Of a stretch of 64,000 nucleotides of DNA, positions 1 to 10,092 are shown one piece after another. The first letter of the stretch is position 1, and each line of letters starts with the position of its first letter. This DNA is from Gemmatimonadota bacterium (GTDB taxonomy: Bacteria > Gemmatimonadota > Gemmatimonadetes > Gemmatimonadales > Gemmatimonadaceae): the NCBI GenBank assembly GCA_031127075.1, contig JARIFA010000004.1, forward strand, positions 3,390 to 67,389, written 5' to 3'. Under the pieces are notes generated by a model that was not told the origin of the DNA, made no database searches, and saw only the letters and a program-made list of their open reading frames with translations. Position numbers and translations under genes: made by a program.

Positions 1-69
1 TGAAGAAGACGGACGACCCCGCGACCCCGCGGGGAGAGCGAACGGTGCGTCGTGCTCGGACGACGGGCC

Positions 70-3000
70 TCAGCGACGGATCTCGATCCGCATCCCGCCA
101 CCACCCATCGCGCCGACGTCGAAGCCGCCCGGGAGACCAAACCCCGTGCCGGCCGTTCCGTTCCGCACCGACTGCAGATAGCGCTGATCGAGATACACGG
201 CGATGAACTGCGGGAGCTTCCGCTTCTGCTCGCGCGTGAGCAGCGCGTTGAGGCGCGGCTCGAGCTTGAGCAGGAGATCCACGGAGCCCTGACGGGCCTT
301 GGTGTATTCCGCGAAGACCGCCTCGCGGTCGTACGACTCCCCGAGCGCGGCGAACCGCTTCGCGACCGGCGACCAGATGGAATCGAGCCGGATGAGGTAC
401 CAGCGGTTCATCGTCGCGAGGCTGTCGGCCTGCGGGCTGGTGAGCCGGAGGGTGTCGGCCTGACGCAGGATCGTCGCCATCGGGTTCGGCAGCCCGGCGC
501 TGCCGTACTGGGCCTTGAGCGCCGCCTCCGGTGCCTTGTTCCCCGGGAGGGAGCGCCCGCGGTCGAGGGTCTGGTGCAGGATCTGCCGCTCACGCGTGGG
601 CCCGAGGTCGAACCGCAGCTGCACGGTGAGCACGACCGGGGCGCGGATCGCGCTCAGCTGCGGGCTGGTGTTGCCGAACCGCTGGTTGACGTCGTAGCGG
701 AAGCGCTGCGTCGCCGGGTCGAAGCCGCGCACATACAGCAGCGTCGGGTCGGGGATGCGGGCCTGGCCCCACCCCTTGATCCCGTCCTCGCCGTGGAGGA
801 GGAGATCGGCGGCGCCGAGCGGGTTCGCGACGTTGAACGAGAGGGTCGCCCGCTGCGGGAGGCGGAACTTCACGGGATTCAGCGAGAGGCTGAGGTTCGC
901 CGTCTGGATCCACGGCCCCTGGCAGCTGTTCCGCCCGGCGATGGCCCCGAGCTGCGCGCGCAGGCACGCCCGCGCCTCGCGGTCGGTCGTCTCGAGGAGC
1001 GAGGTCATCGCCGTCGCGACGGCGGGATCCGCCGCGGAGGCCGGGTCGAAGATGAAGGCGCGGTCGTTCGAGTACCCGTCACCATTCACGTCACCGGACA
1101 CGAGCGGCGTGTACGGGTTCCCGGCGCGGAAGCTGCCGAACCAGTTGATGCGGACCGCATCAAAGAAGTTGTAGCCGAGGCTGAAGCTCACCTGATGCCG
1201 CGAATTGAACGCGCTCGCGGCCCACTCGATGAGTCGCGGGTCGCCGGCGGTGTTCTGGAAGCCGCGGACCTGGTCCCGATTGTCCGAGAGGACGTAGGCG
1301 AGCGACCAGGTGACCCCGGTGCTGAAGCGGGTCGGCGACAGCCGGAGCGAGAGCTGACGGCTCTCGCCCTGCAGGTCCGAGACCTGCTGCGTGACGCGGT
1401 TGAACTGCGCGGAGATCCGATTGTCACCGGGGGCGATGGCGCCGGTGAACGGGACGATGCTCGCCGCGTTCACGAACATCGGCCGCCCCCCCTCGCTCGC
1501 GAGCGCGAAGCGCGTGACGGGATTGAAGTTCAGGTCGACGAAGCTCGGTTGGAACGCGTTGCGCGAATAGGTGACCTCGGCGGTCGCGGTGAAGCGGGCG
1601 TCGAGGACGGCGCCGGTCCACTGCAGGTTGGAGCGGAGCGACCGCTGCGGCCGATAGTCGGAACTGAAGAGGGAGACATTCGGGCGGCTGTTCGAGAAGA
1701 CCGACCCGAGGGAGCCGTCAGCGCAGACGTCGGGGATCTGCGAGGGATCGAGCCCGTACGTCGCCCAGTCGGGGATCGGCGTGGCGGCGCCGGTGCAGGC
1801 GAGGTTCTGGAGGCCCGTGGCGAGTCCCGTGTTGTCGAGCGCCGTCCCGGTGAGCCGCGTCTGCGGCGAGTTCTGGAAGATGCCGACGCCGCCGCGCACC
1901 ACGGCGCGCGGGCCGCGCACGGCGCCCTCGAACCCGGGGATCTGCGGGGCCACACCGTAGGTCCACGAGAAGCCGAGGCGCGGGCTCACGCCGACGAAGT
2001 TCGGGAGGACGTCGTTGCGGACGCCGAAGGCGGACTCGACCGCCGCATTGTAGCCCGGCCGGTCCTCGAAGCGGTTCCCATCGACGCGGACACCGTACTG
2101 GAGCTGCAGGTCGGGCTTCACGCGCCACGAATCGCCGAGGGAGGCGCCGCCGATCCACTGGCTCGCCTCGCGCGTGCGCGGAAGGAGGAGCCGCGTGAAG
2201 CTGGCGGGGACGTCGTTCTCGAGGTCCGCCAGCGAGTTGAATCGGAAGGTCCCGAACTGGTTCGCGGTCTGCTCGCTCGTGTACGCGTCGCGCCGGAGCT
2301 CGGTCGTGAACTTCAGCCGGTGCCGGTTGTTGAGGCTGAACCAGGAGAGCTGGTTGTTGAACCCCAGATTCGCGGTGGTCTGCGTCGTGTTGAGGAAGGG
2401 GCTCCCGCCGAAGCTCACGTTCGTCACGCCGTTGGCGCCGTCCCCGAAGGTCGAGTTCACGAGCACCGTACCGCCCGGGAGGAGCTGATACGGGGACGCG
2501 ACGTTCCGCGAACTGCTGAACCCGAGGTTCGTCTCGCTCAGGAAGATCCCGAAGAAGTTCGTGTGCCGGAGCTGCACCCCGCCGCTCCCGTTGGTCCGCT
2601 CGCCGCTCGCGGCGGGGAGGGTCGAGCCGAGGGCGCTCGCCGGCGACTGCTGATTGATGCTGCCGTTGAACGAGACGTTGAGCGCCTGCCCGGTCAGCGA
2701 CGACGGCGGCGCCCAGTCGAGGGCGCCGAAGAAGAGGAGCTGATCGCTGGTGCGGTCGTTCGGGATCCCACCGACGGTGGCGGGGATCCCCGCCGACCCG
2801 AGGATGCCGAGGAGGCGGGTCACCGAATCGGCGGCGATGCCCGACGCCTGCAGGCCGACGGCGTCGGTGTTGAGCAGCGTCTGCAGGTCGTTGGAGCGCC
2901 GCCCGACCTGGTACGAGAAGTTGTAGAAGGCCTGATCGAAGGTGATCGGCCCGCTGAGGCTTCCGCCCGCCGAGGTGTTCGCGTACTCCTGGTTGAGCGA

Positions 3001-3798
3001 CCGGCCGGCCGGATCGGTCCACTGGAGCGAGGGCTGGTCGAGGTTCAGGCTCGTCGAGCGGACCAGGAAGTTCGACCCGGGGCGGCTGCGGACGTTGAAC
3101 TGCCCGCCGCTGAACCCGCCGCGCGAGACATCGTACGGCGCGGTGACGAGGGAGCTCGAGACCGCCGCGTCGCGCGGAAGATTCGAGGCGCCCGTGTTGA
3201 GACCGTTGAGGGTCGTGGCGTTCTGGTCGGAGGTGAGTCCGAGCACCGAGAAGCCCGACGGGTCACCGTCGGCGCCAGGGACGAACTGCACACCGGGGAT
3301 CGACGCCGCCATCGCGGCGAGGTCGCCCTGCTGGTCGGCGGCGAGGTTCGAGGCGGAGACGCCACGCTCGGTGCCGCCGATGTCGTCTTGGCCGGCGTTG
3401 CGGTTCACGCGGTTCCGCTCGCCGGCGATCTGCACCGTGTCGAGCGCCTGCGCGTTGAAGGCGAGCTTGGCGTCGGCGATGAGGATCTCCTCGTCGGCGA
3501 CGCGCTTCACCTGGAAGCGGCGCGGGGCGTAGCCGATCGACTGGACGAGGAGGAAGTAATCGCCGTCGCCGCCCTGAAAGATGATGGTGTACCGGCCATC
3601 GCGGCCCGTGCGCGCCCGGCGGCTGACGTTCCCGCTCACCGAGGTGGCGGTGACGATCGCGCCGGAGAGGGGCTGCTCGTCGGGGCCGACGACGCGCCCG
3701 CGGATGACGTCGGCGCCCCCCTGGGCGACGGCTGACGAGGGACGCAGGAGCAGGCCCAGGAGGGCGACGAACGAGAACAGCAGACGACGAAGCGTCAC
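70..3798 (-). CDS. TonB-dependent/Oar-like outer-membrane receptor with N-terminal carboxypeptidase-regulatory-like domain and C-terminal helical extension
   Basis: 1242 aa. Signal peptide (..SSAVA|Q), IRGRVVGPDEQPLSGAIV..TGRDGRY N-domain, plug-like YDVSRGGFSGGQFNVRSRPGSN, amphipathic beta strands (GASLGDSWRVKPDLQLQYGVRVD). Confidence 0.8.
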   Translation of the reverse strand: MTLRRLLFSFVALLGLLLRPSSAVAQGGADVIRGRVVGPDEQPLSGAIVTATSVSGNVSRRARTGRDGRYTIIFQGGDGDYFLLVQSIGYAPRRFQVKRVADEEILIADAKLAFNAQALDTVQIAGERNRVNRNAGQDDIGGTERGVSASNLAADQQGDLAAMAASIPGVQFVPGADGDPSGFSVLGLTSDQNATTLNGLNTGASNLPRDAAVSSSLVTAPYDVSRGGFSGGQFNVRSRPGSNFLVRSTSLNLDQPSLQWTDPAGRSLNQEYANTSAGGSLSGPITFDQAFYNFSYQVGRRSNDLQTLLNTDAVGLQASGIAADSVTRLLGILGSAGIPATVGGIPNDRTSDQLLFFGALDWAPPSSLTGQALNVSFNGSINQQSPASALGSTLPAASGERTNGSGGVQLRHTNFFGIFLSETNLGFSSSRNVASPYQLLPGGTVLVNSTFGDGANGVTNVSFGGSPFLNTTQTTANLGFNNQLSWFSLNNRHRLKFTTELRRDAYTSEQTANQFGTFRFNSLADLENDVPASFTRLLLPRTREASQWIGGASLGDSWRVKPDLQLQYGVRVDGNRFEDRPGYNAAVESAFGVRNDVLPNFVGVSPRLGFSWTYGVAPQIPGFEGAVRGPRAVVRGGVGIFQNSPQTRLTGTALDNTGLATGLQNLACTGAATPIPDWATYGLDPSQIPDVCADGSLGSVFSNSRPNVSLFSSDYRPQRSLRSNLQWTGAVLDARFTATAEVTYSRNAFQPSFVDLNFNPVTRFALASEGGRPMFVNAASIVPFTGAIAPGDNRISAQFNRVTQQVSDLQGESRQLSLRLSPTRFSTGVTWSLAYVLSDNRDQVRGFQNTAGDPRLIEWAASAFNSRHQVSFSLGYNFFDAVRINWFGSFRAGNPYTPLVSGDVNGDGYSNDRAFIFDPASAADPAVATAMTSLLETTDREARACLRAQLGAIAGRNSCQGPWIQTANLSLSLNPVKFRLPQRATLSFNVANPLGAADLLLHGEDGIKGWGQARIPDPTLLYVRGFDPATQRFRYDVNQRFGNTSPQLSAIRAPVVLTVQLRFDLGPTRERQILHQTLDRGRSLPGNKAPEAALKAQYGSAGLPNPMATILRQADTLRLTSPQADSLATMNRWYLIRLDSIWSPVAKRFAALGESYDREAVFAEYTKARQGSVDLLLKLEPRLNALLTREQKRKLPQFIAVYLDQRYLQSVRNGTAGTGFGLPGGFDVGAMGGGGMRIEIRR

Positions 3799-3950
3799 GA
3801 AGGCACTCGGACAAGGACGAAGGAAGCGGCTTGGCGGCCCGGGAGACCCGCACCATCAGGCATGAAGGCCGGACTCCCGTATCTACGTCTCGGGAAGCCG
3901 ACTCGTTAACTACGCGGCGGCGGCCGCAACCGTTCCGCCGCGGGAGTGCC

Positions 3951-5645
3951 TCAGGGCGCCGCCTCGTGGAAGGCGAGCCCGAGCGTCTCGGCCCGCTCCA
4001 GCGCCCAACGGAGTCGCCACTCGTCCCGGAAGAGGAGCACCGGATGCTCCTTCGCGTCGTAGAGGAGCGAGAGGTCCTGCGCCTCCCCCATCCGCTCGAT
4101 CGCCGCCTGCGGGCCGGTCACCCACCGCGGATACCGGAAGGGCACCCGCTCGAGGGTGCAGGGGGCGCCGTACTCGTGCTCGAGCCGATGCAGCATCACG
4201 TCGAACTGCAGGAGCCCGACGGCCCCGACGATCGGGACGGGCCCGAGCACGGACTCCGCGAAGAACACCTGCGCGGCCCCCTCCTCGGTCAGTTCGCGGA
4301 GCCCCTTGTCGAGCGCCTTCCGGCGGAGCGGGTCTTTGGAGAGGATGCGCGCGAAGTGCTCGGGGGCGAAACGAGGGATCCCCACGTACTCGAGGAGCCG
4401 TCCCGACGCGTCGCGCGGGGCCTCGGGGCTCGCGAGCGTGTCGCCGATGCGCAACGAACCACGGTCGTGTACCCCCACCACATCCCCGGGCAGCGCCTCC
4501 TCGGCGAAGGCCCGCTCTCGCCCGAGGAACTGCTGCGGCGGGGCGAGTTTGAAGCTCTTCCCCGTGCGCACATGCGCGACCTCGAGACCGGCGGCGTAGC
4601 GCCCGGAGCAGACCCGCACGAAGGCGATCCGGTCACGGTGCCGCGGATCCATGTTCGCCTGCACCTTGAACACGAAGCCGGTGAACGCCGTGAGCCCCGG
4701 GGTGACGGGTCCTGCGCTGCTCTCCCGCGCCACGGGTGACGGCGCGAGCGGGAGGAAATCCTCGAGGAAGGGCTCGACACCGAAGTTCGTGATCGCGGAA
4801 GCGAAGTAGACCGGGGTCTGCTCCCCGGCGATGATCGCCTCGGGGCTGAACTCGTGCCCGGCGAGGTCGAGGAGCTCGACGTCGTGCGCGAGCTTGTCGA
4901 CCGCCGCCTGCGCCGTCTCGTCGCCACCGAGGGCCGCGACCAGCCGCGGGTCGGCGGGACCGTCGAGGTCGACGACGCGGGTCTCGACGCGCTGTGCGCC
5001 GTGATGGGTGCCGCGCTCGAAGAGATGGGCGCGCGTGCGCCGACGATCGTACACCCCGACGAAGACGGTTCCCTGCTCCGCCGTGTCCTGGTGGATCGGC
5101 CAGTGGGCGGCGACCGCGGTGATCCCGAGCTCCGCCTCGAGGTCGCTCACGAGCTTGAGCGGGTCCTCGCCGACGCGGTCACACTTGTTCACGACGGTGA
5201 AGATCGGCATCCGCCGACGACGACAGACGTCGAAGAGCTGGCGCGTCCGTTCCTCGACGCCCTTGCGGTTGTCGAGGAGCATCACGGCGCTGTCGGCGGC
5301 GACGAGGGTGCGATAGGTGTCCTCGCCGAAGTCCTGGTGGCCCGGGGTGTCGAGGAGGTTCACCTGGTAGCCGAGGTACTCGAACTGCAACACCGACGAG
5401 GTCACGGAGATCCCGCGCTCCTGCTCAAGCGCCATCCAGTCGGAGGTCGCATGCCGCTGGGACTTCCGCGCCTTCACGGCGCCGGCCTGATGGATCGCGC
5501 CGCCGTACAGGAGGAGCTTCTCGGTGAGCGTCGTCTTCCCCGCGTCCGGGTGCGAGATGATCGCGAAGGTGCGACGCCGCGCGATCAGCGCGTCGAGGGA
5601 GGAGGCGGGCGCCGGTGAGGCGGCGGAGACATCGGGGGCGGACAC
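3951..5645 (-). CDS. prfC: Peptide chain release factor 3
   Basis: RRRTFAIISHPDAGKTTLTEKLLLYGGAI, DWMALEQERGISVTSS, NLLDTPGHQDF, FKVQANMDPRHRDRIAF. Start set at GTG 5645. Confidence 0.97.
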   Translation of the reverse strand: MSAPDVSAASPAPASSLDALIARRRTFAIISHPDAGKTTLTEKLLLYGGAIHQAGAVKARKSQRHATSDWMALEQERGISVTSSVLQFEYLGYQVNLLDTPGHQDFGEDTYRTLVAADSAVMLLDNRKGVEERTRQLFDVCRRRRMPIFTVVNKCDRVGEDPLKLVSDLEAELGITAVAAHWPIHQDTAEQGTVFVGVYDRRRTRAHLFERGTHHGAQRVETRVVDLDGPADPRLVAALGGDETAQAAVDKLAHDVELLDLAGHEFSPEAIIAGEQTPVYFASAITNFGVEPFLEDFLPLAPSPVARESSAGPVTPGLTAFTGFVFKVQANMDPRHRDRIAFVRVCSGRYAAGLEVAHVRTGKSFKLAPPQQFLGRERAFAEEALPGDVVGVHDRGSLRIGDTLASPEAPRDASGRLLEYVGIPRFAPEHFARILSKDPLRRKALDKGLRELTEEGAAQVFFAESVLGPVPIVGAVGLLQFDVMLHRLEHEYGAPCTLERVPFRYPRWVTGPQAAIERMGEAQDLSLLYDAKEHPVLLFRDEWRLRWALERAETLGLAFHEAAP

Positions 5646-5665
5646 CGACGAAAGATAACGGACCG

Positions 5666-6832
5666 CTACCGCCCGATCGCGCGGATGGCGGCGTCGACGT
5701 CGGCGACGGTGTTGTGGAAGTGCGGCGAGAGCCGCAGGGCCCCCTCGCGGACCGAGTGCGTGACCCCGGCATCGCGGAGCCGGGCCGAATCGCCGGGGAC
5801 GTCGGGGGTCACGAGGGCGACGATCCCCGCGCGGGCCGCGTCGTCCGTCGGTGTGAGCACGCGCACGTCGCGCGCGGTCGCCGCCCAGTCGAGCAGCCGG
5901 CGGGTGAGCCCGCGGACGTGCGCCGCGACCGCGGCGGGACCGAGGGCGTGCAGGAGCTCGAGCGTCGCGTTCATCCCGACGATGTCCTGATACGGGATCG
6001 TGCCGACCTCGAAGCGCCGCGCATCGGCGTGCCAGGTGGGGTCGTAGTCGAGGAAGCGGCCGAAGTCGCCGGAGCTCGCCTGCGCGAGCCACCCCGCGGC
6101 GGGGGGCTCGAGCGGCTCGACGAGCGCGCGCCGCACGTACACGAACCCGCTCCCCCACGGCGAGCAGAGCCACTTCTGCGCGCCACAGGAGACGATGTCC
6201 GCCGGCGTCGTCCGGAGGTCGAGCGTGAGGGGCCCGAGCCCCTGGATGACGTCGATGGCGAACGCGATGCCGCGCGCGCGGCACGCCGCGCCGATCGCAT
6301 CGAGGTCGATCCGTGCGCCGCTCCAGAAGGAGACCCAGCTGAGCGCGACCGCGCGGACGCGCGGATCGCGCTCGACACGCGCCAGCAGCGCCGCCACATC
6401 GGGGCCGCTCCCGGCGAGGGGGAGGCGCTCATACGTGAACCCGCGCGCGCGCGCCGCCGCCATCCACGGATAGACGTTCGCCGGGAACTCCCCCTCGCTC
6501 CCGAGCACGATGTCCCCGGGCCCGAGCGGGAGCGCATACGCCGCGAGGTTGATGCCCCAGCTCGTGTTCGTGGTGAGCGCGATCTCCGCCGCCTCAGCGC
6601 CGATGAGCGACGCGACGAGGGCGCGCGCCCGATCGAGGACGGGAGCGAAGTCCTCCATTCCCAGCCGGTGCGGCTCCGCACGCCGCGTCTCGTACGCGGC
6701 GACCGCGTCGCGCGCGCGCTGCGGGACGGGACCGACCGACGCGTGGTCGAGGTGGATCGCCTCGCCCGCGGCCTCCCACGGGAACTCCCGCGCCCGGAGC
6801 GCGTCCACGTCGTACCCGATCGGCGCGCTCAC
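5666..6832 (-). CDS. Aminotransferase class V-fold PLP-dependent enzyme
   Basis: HLDHASVGP, EFPANVYPW, DVIQGLG, GAQKWL (PLP lysine), LRLSPHFHNT. GTG start overlaps the upstream TGA (GTGA). No RxGHHC cysteine-desulfurase loop. Confidence 0.88.
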   Translation of the reverse strand: MSAPIGYDVDALRAREFPWEAAGEAIHLDHASVGPVPQRARDAVAAYETRRAEPHRLGMEDFAPVLDRARALVASLIGAEAAEIALTTNTSWGINLAAYALPLGPGDIVLGSEGEFPANVYPWMAAARARGFTYERLPLAGSGPDVAALLARVERDPRVRAVALSWVSFWSGARIDLDAIGAACRARGIAFAIDVIQGLGPLTLDLRTTPADIVSCGAQKWLCSPWGSGFVYVRRALVEPLEPPAAGWLAQASSGDFGRFLDYDPTWHADARRFEVGTIPYQDIVGMNATLELLHALGPAAVAAHVRGLTRRLLDWAATARDVRVLTPTDDAARAGIVALVTPDVPGDSARLRDAGVTHSVREGALRLSPHFHNTVADVDAAIRAIGR

Positions 6833-7767
6833 GGCTCGCGGAGATGCGCCGGCGTCTCCGCTGGCTGGCCCTTCCAACGGCGGTGCTGCCAGAAGTACTG
6901 CTCGGGATGCGCGCGCACGAGCCGCTCGAGCACCTGCGTGTAGCGCAGCACCGTCGCGTCGACGTCGGCGTCGCGGTCGCCGGTGCGGACGAGTGGGACC
7001 GCCTCGAAGCGCTCGAGATACCGCCCGTCAGGCTGGCGGATCGCGGAGATGAAGACGATGGGGACGTCCCCGCGCATCGCGAAGACCGCGGCGCCGCGCG
7101 GCGTGCGCGCGGGGCGCCCGAAGAAGGGGACGATGGTGCTGGCGAGCCCCTTCGCACTCTGGTCGGAGACGAAACCGATGGCGCGGTTCTCACGGAGCGC
7201 GCGGGGGACGGCACGCACCGCCTCATCATCGAAGATCACGCGCATCCCGAGCCGCTCGCGCGTGCGGGCGAAGAACCGGTCGGAGAGCGGGTTCGCCATA
7301 TGCATCGTGATGCCATCCACGGGGAGCCCCGAGGCGCCGAGCCACGCGCCGCTCAGCTCCCAGTTGCCGATGTGCCCGGCGGCGAGGATCACGCCCTTCC
7401 CCTGCGCGTAGGCGGCCTCGAGGACGTCGCGTCCCTCGACCCCGCCGAACGCCTCGCGTACCTCGGCCGGCGTGGCGCGCGAGAGATAGATGCTCTCGAA
7501 CATCACGCGACCGATGCTGCGATAGCTCGCCGCGGCGATGGCCCGCACCCGTGTCTCCGGTACGTCGGGGAAGCAGGCGCGGATCGCGCGCTCCACGCGG
7601 TCGGCCCGGAGACGGAGCACGCGATACACGAGGACGCCGACACCGGCGCCGACGGCCGAGGCGGCGCGCCACCCGAACGGACGGAGGAGGAAGGCCGCCG
7701 CGCGGAGCGCGGCGTATTCGAGGCGCTGCGCGAGGGTCGGGGGCCGAACGACCCGGTCAGCCGCCAC
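6829..7767 (-). CDS. lpxL: Lipid A biosynthesis acyltransferase (LpxL/HtrB family)
   Basis: GKGVILAAGHIGNWE, FVSDQ, VPFFGRPART, HPEQYFWQHRRWK; directly downstream of an MsbA-like gene. Confidence 0.88.
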   Translation of the reverse strand: MAADRVVRPPTLAQRLEYAALRAAAFLLRPFGWRAASAVGAGVGVLVYRVLRLRADRVERAIRACFPDVPETRVRAIAAASYRSIGRVMFESIYLSRATPAEVREAFGGVEGRDVLEAAYAQGKGVILAAGHIGNWELSGAWLGASGLPVDGITMHMANPLSDRFFARTRERLGMRVIFDDEAVRAVPRALRENRAIGFVSDQSAKGLASTIVPFFGRPARTPRGAAVFAMRGDVPIVFISAIRQPDGRYLERFEAVPLVRTGDRDADVDATVLRYTQVLERLVRAHPEQYFWQHRRWKGQPAETPAHLREP

Positions 7768-9574
7768 GCGCGACCCCGGGCTGCTGCATCGCGTGCAGGC
7801 GCGCGTACGCGCCGTCGCGGGCCAGAAGCTCCGCGTGGGTCCCGCGCTCGACGATCCGGCCGCGGTCGAGCACGAGGATCTGTGCGGCGTGGACGACCGT
7901 TGAGAGGCGGTGCGCGATGACGAAGACGGTCCGTCCGGCGAGGAGGCGGTCGATCGCCTCCTGCACGAGCCGCTCGCTCTCGGTGTCGAGGGCCGAGGTG
8001 GCCTCGTCGAGGATGAGGATCGGCGGATCGGTGAGGAGGGCGCGCGCGATGGCGAGGCGCTGCCGCTGCCCGCCGGAGAGCAGGGTCCCGCGCTCCCCGA
8101 GGATGGTGTCGTAGCCCTGCGGCAGCGCCTGGATGAACTCGTGCGCGTTCGCGGCGCGCGCCGCGGCCTCGATCTGCGCCGCGGTGTACCGGTCCGGCGC
8201 ACCGTACGCGATGTTCGCGCGCACGGTATCGTGAAAGAGCACCGTGTCCTGGCTCACGATGCCGGTGAGGGCGCGGAGCGCGGGGAGCGGGATCTCGCGC
8301 GTGTCGACGCCGTCGAGGGTCACCCGGCCGGCGGTCGGCTCGATGAAGCGCGGCAGGAGGTCGACGAGGGTGCTCTTCCCCGCCCCGCTCGCCCCGACCA
8401 GGGCGACCACCGCACCGCGGCGCGCGGTGAAGGTGATGTCGGCGAGCACGGGGGCATCACCGTAGCTGAACCCGACCCCCTCGAACGCGATCGCGTCGCC
8501 GAAGGCCGTGACGGGACGATGGCCGCGATCGGTCGCCGTCTCCGTCGGGTGGTCGAGGATCTCGAAGAGACGCTCCGCGGCGGCGAACGACTGCTGCGCC
8601 GTCGTCGGCGCCTGCGAGAGCTGCTTGATCGGCTGGAGCAGTCGCATCACCAGCACCATGAAGGTGATGAGGATGCCGCCATCCATCGTCCGGGTCTCGA
8701 GCACCTCGCGGGCGCCGAGCCAGAGGACGCCCATCGCGATGAACGTCCCGAGGACCTCGGTGAACGGGCCGGCGAGGAGCGCGAGTCGCTGCATCCGCGT
8801 CATCCCGCGCGAGTAGCCGGCCGAGGCGCCGAGGAATCGTCCCTCCTCGTACCGCTCGCCGCGGAACGACTTCACGAGGCGGATCCCGCTCACCACCTCC
8901 TGCAACACGCTCGTCATCTCGCCGTACTCGTGCCGCAACCGCCGGTGGCCGGTGCGGAGCCGGCGCAGCAGCGGTTGGAGGAGCGCCATCAGGGCCGGCG
9001 CGATCACCAGCGCCGCGAGCGTGAGCCGCGGCGACATCCGGAAGAGGATGACCACCGTCACGACGATCGACGCCACGTTCTGTACGGAACGCGTCGCCAC
9101 CTCGGCGAGGACCGCCTTCGTCTGCTCGGTGTCGGTCAGCACGCGGGCGAGCACCTGTCCGGTGCGCATCCGGCTGAACCAGGGCAGCGGGAGTCGCTGG
9201 AGATGCGTGAAGACCGCGTGCCGGAGGTCGCGGGTGATGTATTCCTGGAGGGACGCGCCGAACTGTCCGCCGCCCCAGAGGAAGAGGTTCTTGAGCGCGA
9301 CCATCCCGATGAGCACGAGAATGACGCGCCGCAGCGATCCCATCGGGTCGGCCGGGTCGAGGAAGGGGCCGATCAGCCCCGTCTGCAGCCGGGTGAGCCA
9401 CCCCATCCCGCCGGCGATCTGCGCCGGCAGCCCGAACAGGGTGTTCAGGAAGGGGATGAGGAGCGTGAACGCGACGCCGTCGAGCGCGGCCGCGATGATG
9501 TTCAGCACGACGTTGCCGGCCAGTCGCCCACGGTGCGGGCGGAGGAACGGCAGAAGCCGTCGATAGACGTGCAT
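7757..9574 (-). CDS. msbA: ABC transporter permease/ATP-binding fusion, MsbA-like lipid A flippase
   Basis: N-terminal TM domain, Walker A GASGAGKST, signature LSGGQRQRLAIARA, ILDEATSALD, IAHRLST; coupled to the lpxL-like gene. Confidence 0.85.
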   Translation of the reverse strand: MHVYRRLLPFLRPHRGRLAGNVVLNIIAAALDGVAFTLLIPFLNTLFGLPAQIAGGMGWLTRLQTGLIGPFLDPADPMGSLRRVILVLIGMVALKNLFLWGGGQFGASLQEYITRDLRHAVFTHLQRLPLPWFSRMRTGQVLARVLTDTEQTKAVLAEVATRSVQNVASIVVTVVILFRMSPRLTLAALVIAPALMALLQPLLRRLRTGHRRLRHEYGEMTSVLQEVVSGIRLVKSFRGERYEEGRFLGASAGYSRGMTRMQRLALLAGPFTEVLGTFIAMGVLWLGAREVLETRTMDGGILITFMVLVMRLLQPIKQLSQAPTTAQQSFAAAERLFEILDHPTETATDRGHRPVTAFGDAIAFEGVGFSYGDAPVLADITFTARRGAVVALVGASGAGKSTLVDLLPRFIEPTAGRVTLDGVDTREIPLPALRALTGIVSQDTVLFHDTVRANIAYGAPDRYTAAQIEAAARAANAHEFIQALPQGYDTILGERGTLLSGGQRQRLAIARALLTDPPILILDEATSALDTESERLVQEAIDRLLAGRTVFVIAHRLSTVVHAAQILVLDRGRIVERGTHAELLARDGAYARLHAMQQPGVARGG

Positions 9575-9653
9575 CGTCGGAAGATAGCCCCGCCCCGCGG
9601 GGCCATCCATCACCCTCTTCCCCCGATGCCGCGCCGCGCACCACTTTCTTGAG

Positions 9654-10052
9654 ATGAAGGTCCCGTCGCCCGCGTTCGCGATGCCCCGCCCCCGATTCCC
9701 CGCGCCGGCGCTGCTCCACGCCGCCGCGGAGGCGCCGCACGGCGGGGGCCGGGAGGCGCTGATGGCGGGCGTGATGGCGGTGCGGCTCATCTCAGGCGCA
9801 AGGGGCGATACCGCCCTCACCCCGGAGACCCGGGCCCGTCGGGCGGAGGCGATCCGCGCCTGGCTGCCAGCGGTGACGCTCGCCTCGACGGTACGGACGG
9901 CGGTGCTCCGCGCGGTGGCGGCGAGCGAGGGCGCGGACGCGGCCACGGCGGCCGACGCCGTGGTGGCCCTGCGCGACGCGCTGGAGGAGAGCCTGACCCG
10001 AGCGGCCCGGACCGAGCTCTCTGGCCTGGCGGCGCAGCTCCGGCGCAGCTGA
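9654..10052 (+). CDS. Hypothetical Ala-rich helical protein
   Basis: 132-aa ORF filling the gap between msbA and the TPR gene, GC3-rich codons, CACTTT box 6 nt before the ATG. Confidence 0.55.
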   Translation: MKVPSPAFAMPRPRFPAPALLHAAAEAPHGGGREALMAGVMAVRLISGARGDTALTPETRARRAEAIRAWLPAVTLASTVRTAVLRAVAASEGADAATAADAVVALRDALEESLTRAARTELSGLAAQLRRS

Positions 10053-10092
10053 TTCGCTTGCCGGTGGCCGACGGACATCCGTAGCTTAGGCC

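Noticed and set aside
52-3735. 1227-aa plus-strand ORF
   Set aside because: Antisense shadow of the TonB-dependent-like gene; Arg/Gly/Ala-rich with no motifs, as expected from stop-codon scarcity in GC-rich DNA.
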